Below are positions 17,123 to 20,000 of a stretch of DNA of 20,000 bases, one piece after another; position 1 is the stretch's first letter; each line of letters begins with the position of its first letter. Location: sequence record DRR378314_391, one strand, 5' to 3'. The notes below the pieces were generated by a model. That model was not told where the DNA came from, did no database searches, and saw only the letters and a list, made by a program, of their open reading frames with translations. The translations under genes and the position numbers were made by a program.

Positions 17123-17938
17123 ATGGCTCAAATTGAAGGCAAGGTCGCTATTATCACTGGCGCGGCAAGTGGGATCGGCAGAGCGTGCGCAATCGTGCTC
17201 GCTCGGGAGGGCGCGTGCGTCGTCGCTACGGATGTAGACAGCGAGGGCCTGCGCGCCACGGAAAAGCTGGTTTCCGACGCTGGCGGCAAGATTATTACGC
17301 TCACTCAGGATGTGACAGACGAGGCCGTCTGGGAGGAAGTATTCACCGAGGCCACAGAGACGTTCGGAACGCCCTCGGTGCTCGTCAACAATGCCGGCAT
17401 TGCCATCGCAGGCGGCATCACTGATTTCACGCTGGACGACTGGCGGCGACAAATGGCGGTAAACGTAGACAGTGTGTTTCTCGGCACGCGCGCCGCCATG
17501 AACGCCATGAGCAGTGGCGGCTCCATCATCAACATCTCGTCGGTCGCAGGCTTGCGCGGTGCGGCTGGGGCCAGCGCCTATTGCACGTCAAAAGGGGCTG
17601 TTCGCTTGTTTACAAAAGCCGCCGCTGTTGAATGCGCTCAGATGGGCACAGGGATTCGCGTGAATTCGGTGCACCCCGGCATCATCGATACCCCCATCTG
17701 GCAGAAATCGATCACGCGGATGACTGAAGTCATGGATGAAGAGCGCATATCCGCCCTTACCGCGCATTCCGGGGCGAACCAGATGGACGTCGAAGCAATC
17801 GCCTCGCAGTCGAGCCCAATGGGGCGCGCAGGCCGTCCGGAGGAGGTTGCCGAACTCGTCCTGTTCCTGACGTCAGACGCATCGAGCTATATCAGCGGCC
17901 AGGAACATGTTGTCGATGGCGCCATGACGGCCCGCTGA
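17123..17938 (+). CDS. Short-chain dehydrogenase/reductase (3alpha,20beta-HSD / cyclopentanol dehydrogenase-like)
   Basis: TGAASGIG, NNAGI, NISS, YCTSK and RVNSVHPG motifs. GGAGG RBS. Confidence 0.93.
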   Translation: MAQIEGKVAIITGAASGIGRACAIVLAREGACVVATDVDSEGLRATEKLVSDAGGKIITLTQDVTDEAVWEEVFTEATETFGTPSVLVNNAGIAIAGGITDFTLDDWRRQMAVNVDSVFLGTRAAMNAMSSGGSIINISSVAGLRGAAGASAYCTSKGAVRLFTKAAAVECAQMGTGIRVNSVHPGIIDTPIWQKSITRMTEVMDEERISALTAHSGANQMDVEAIASQSSPMGRAGRPEEVAELVLFLTSDASSYISGQEHVVDGAMTAR

Positions 17939-18186
17939 GCTGTTGGAATATACATCCAACTTCTACAGCACGGTCCCTACCCGTCTCGCCAAACCTGGTC
18001 TAATGACTTCGCACGGTTGGATTAATTCATCTGAGCGCAGATGTGGAGCCGACGTACCAACCTGGCGGCTGCGCGTCTGAGTGGGACTCGCTCTGGTACT
18101 TTGGACAGACCAATGAGATAGGGTCTGCAACAGAACAGAATATCACTGGCTTGCGAACCAGTGCGTGGGAGACGAGCAACAGGCGC

Positions 18187-19275
18187 ATGTCAGCAGTTGA
18201 TCAAACTGAAGAGAACCCGTCCGCCAAGACCGGTACATATCTCGTCACCGGTGCCGCCGGGTTTATCGGGTTCCATGCGACTTGCCGCCTTCTGGAACAG
18301 GGCATTGAAGTCGTCGGCCTGGACAATCTGAACGATTACTACGACCCGGCCCTGAAACAGGCACGGCTCGACGAGATTGCGCGCGTATCCAGCCGCACCG
18401 GGACACGGTTTGACTTTGTGAAAGCCGATCTCGCAGACAAGTCCGCCGTCGATGCCTGTTTCAACTCGCACCATTTCAGCCGCGTCATCCATCTGGCCGC
18501 GCAAGCTGGCGTGAGGCACTCGATCGAGGCGCCTGATGAGTACGTCTCATCCAACCTCGTCGGATTTGCCAACATTCTCGAAGCATGCCGGAATGCGAAG
18601 ACACCGCATCTGGTGTATGCGTCAACGTCTAGCGTCTATGGCGCGAATGACGACACGCCCTACTCAGAACACAGGGGCGCGGATCATCCACTCCAGCTGT
18701 ATGCCGCCACCAAACGAGCCAATGAACTGATGGCGCATGCCTACAGCCATCTCTATAATATACCGACGACAGCGCTGCGCTTCTTTACGGTGTATGGCCC
18801 CTGGGGCCGCCCGGACATGGCGCTCTTCCTCTTCACAGAAAAGATCCTGAAAGGCGAGCCGATCCCTATCTACAATGAGGGGCAGCTGGAGCGCGACTTC
18901 ACTTATGTCGACGATATCGTCGAAGGCGTCCTGCGTGTAGCGGCTGATGTGGCAAAGCCAAATCCCGAATGGGATGCGGGATCTCCAGACCCAGCGACAT
19001 CAAGCGCACCTTTCCGAATACTCAATATCGGAAACAACGAACCGGTACCATTGCTGGACTTCATCGACGCCCTCGAAGACGTACTCGGCAAGAAAGCGAT
19101 ACGTGACCTCCTGCCCATGCAGCCGGGAGATGTGAAACGCACCCATGCCGACGTGTCGCTGCTGAAGTCTGCAGTGAACTACAACCCGACCACATCAGTG
19201 CGCGAAGGTGTTGGGCGTTTTGTTGACTGGTACCGTGCTTTCTACGGAGTGCCAGGCAATACGAACGACGTCTAA
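18187..19275 (+). CDS. NAD-dependent epimerase, UDP-glucuronate 4-epimerase (CapI/LpsL-like)
   Basis: TGAAGFIG, DNLNDYYD, HLAAQAGVR, YASTSSVYG, YAATK, RFFTVYGPWGRPDMA, RDFTYVDD and QPGDV. ATG 18187 is preferred over GTG 18043. Confidence 0.93.
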   Translation: MSAVDQTEENPSAKTGTYLVTGAAGFIGFHATCRLLEQGIEVVGLDNLNDYYDPALKQARLDEIARVSSRTGTRFDFVKADLADKSAVDACFNSHHFSRVIHLAAQAGVRHSIEAPDEYVSSNLVGFANILEACRNAKTPHLVYASTSSVYGANDDTPYSEHRGADHPLQLYAATKRANELMAHAYSHLYNIPTTALRFFTVYGPWGRPDMALFLFTEKILKGEPIPIYNEGQLERDFTYVDDIVEGVLRVAADVAKPNPEWDAGSPDPATSSAPFRILNIGNNEPVPLLDFIDALEDVLGKKAIRDLLPMQPGDVKRTHADVSLLKSAVNYNPTTSVREGVGRFVDWYRAFYGVPGNTNDV

Positions 19276-19832
19276 TCAGGCTTCACAGTGGTGCGATACT
19301 CACGGCTGGCATAGATCAGCGAATTGCCCGTGTCTCCCAACACCGTATCTATCACTTCGCCAATGCAGACATGGTGCGTCCCGACCTGATTATGGGAAAC
19401 CAGTTTGCATTCAAAGGCGACCAGAGAACCGGCAATAACCGGCTGGCCGAACTTGCCGGATTGCCATTGGGTGCAATCAAACTTGTCCGCAAATGTGTCC
19501 CGCTGCATGCCCGCAAATACGTCGGCGACAAGAGATTGATCGTCCTTCAGCACATTGACGCAGAACGTGCCATTGCCCAGCAGGACCGGCGTCAAGGATG
19601 ACGACTCATTGATGCAGACCAGAAGTGTGGGGTTCGGCGTATCGGCACTCACTGACGACATTGCAGTTGCCGTGGTACCTGCCCGACCAGCTTTGCCATC
19701 TGTCGTGATGACATTCACCGTTGCCGCAACGAGGCTCATCCCTTCCAGAAAGCGCTGACGAAGAGAGGCGGCAACTGGGTCTGTATGGCTCGGTTCACTC
19801 ATAGTCGCTGCTTTCATCCTTACCGGTCTCAC
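19272..19832 (-). CDS. Flavin reductase family protein (HpaC/RutF-like)
   Basis: VNVITT, GTTATAMSSVS, PTLLVCIN, FCVNVL, GTHHVCIGEV and LIY motifs. Start is uncertain (GTG 19832, ATG 19817 or ATG 19802). Confidence 0.88.
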   Translation of the reverse strand: MRPVRMKAATMSEPSHTDPVAASLRQRFLEGMSLVAATVNVITTDGKAGRAGTTATAMSSVSADTPNPTLLVCINESSSLTPVLLGNGTFCVNVLKDDQSLVADVFAGMQRDTFADKFDCTQWQSGKFGQPVIAGSLVAFECKLVSHNQVGTHHVCIGEVIDTVLGDTGNSLIYASREYRTTVKPD

Positions 19833-19971
19833 CTTGATGCCTCATCTGTTGGTATAGAGGTAAGGTGTACACATCACGCGGCAATGATCTTGTCTCTGCG
19901 CGCACGGTTACGGTCAAGCCAGCAACGCTTGGGAACCGCAAGAGCGGTGATATTCAATAGTATCGAAAAAT

Positions 19972-20000
19972 TGGAGCGGGCGATGAGATTCGAACTCACG
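19972..20000 (-). tRNA. tRNA-Gly, 3' portion only (truncated by window edge)
   Basis: Minus strand C-GTGAG-TTCGAAT-CTCAT-CGCCCGC-T-CCA gives the T-arm, 3' acceptor strand, U73 discriminator and encoded CCA. The GCGGG acceptor with U73 indicates Gly. The anticodon is outside the window. Confidence 0.85.

Noticed and set aside
1344-17452. Numerous 60-240 aa alternative-frame or antisense ORFs (e.g. 1344-1994, 4496-5212, 10859-11509, 16254-16952, 16799-17452)
   Set aside because: All overlap well-supported genes and have R/P/S-rich or unrecognisable translations typical of GC-rich shadow frames.
18043-18186. N-terminal extensions in the ORF track (epimerase here; also OMP, DJ-1, ppk2, grxD)
   Set aside because: Downstream ATGs, most with a clear RBS, coincide with where family similarity begins. 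The extensions run through promoters or neighbouring genes.
19961-19970. TATCGAAAAA half-site of the palindromic operator next to the tRNA (also TTCGATAT near 7786)
   Set aside because: Only half-sites with no matching partner arm. Likely chance in AT-rich spacers.

Overview
GC-rich bacterial chromosomal window. Gene content and promoter style point to an alphaproteobacterium, probably Hyphomonadaceae/Caulobacterales-like (inference). It holds about 20 CDS. The housekeeping genes are purL, bolA, grxD, rimO, ppk2 and rpsD. Interspersed among them are a DUF418 membrane protein, an adenine/adenosine deaminase, a lipoprotein, an 8-stranded OMP with an acidic EF-hand-like loop, M28 and ACE-like M2 peptidases, an isocyanide-hydratase-like DJ-1/GlxA pair, two tandem DUF2807 (GIN) beta-solenoid proteins, an SDR, a UDP-glucuronate 4-epimerase and a flavin reductase. 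The window ends in the 3' part of a tRNA-Gly. No mobile element, CRISPR array or defence system is visible. The most interesting signals are non-coding. (i) A 17-bp palindrome, TTATCGAA-N-TTCGATAA, sits in the promoters of both the DUF418 gene and the DUF2807 pair 13.7 kb apart, suggesting an uncharacterised envelope regulon. (ii) There are back-to-back EcfG/SigT-type promoters, one of which points at no annotated gene. (iii) An RpoH-like promoter for ppk2 is embedded in the rpsD terminator. (iv) The rpsD leader is structured.
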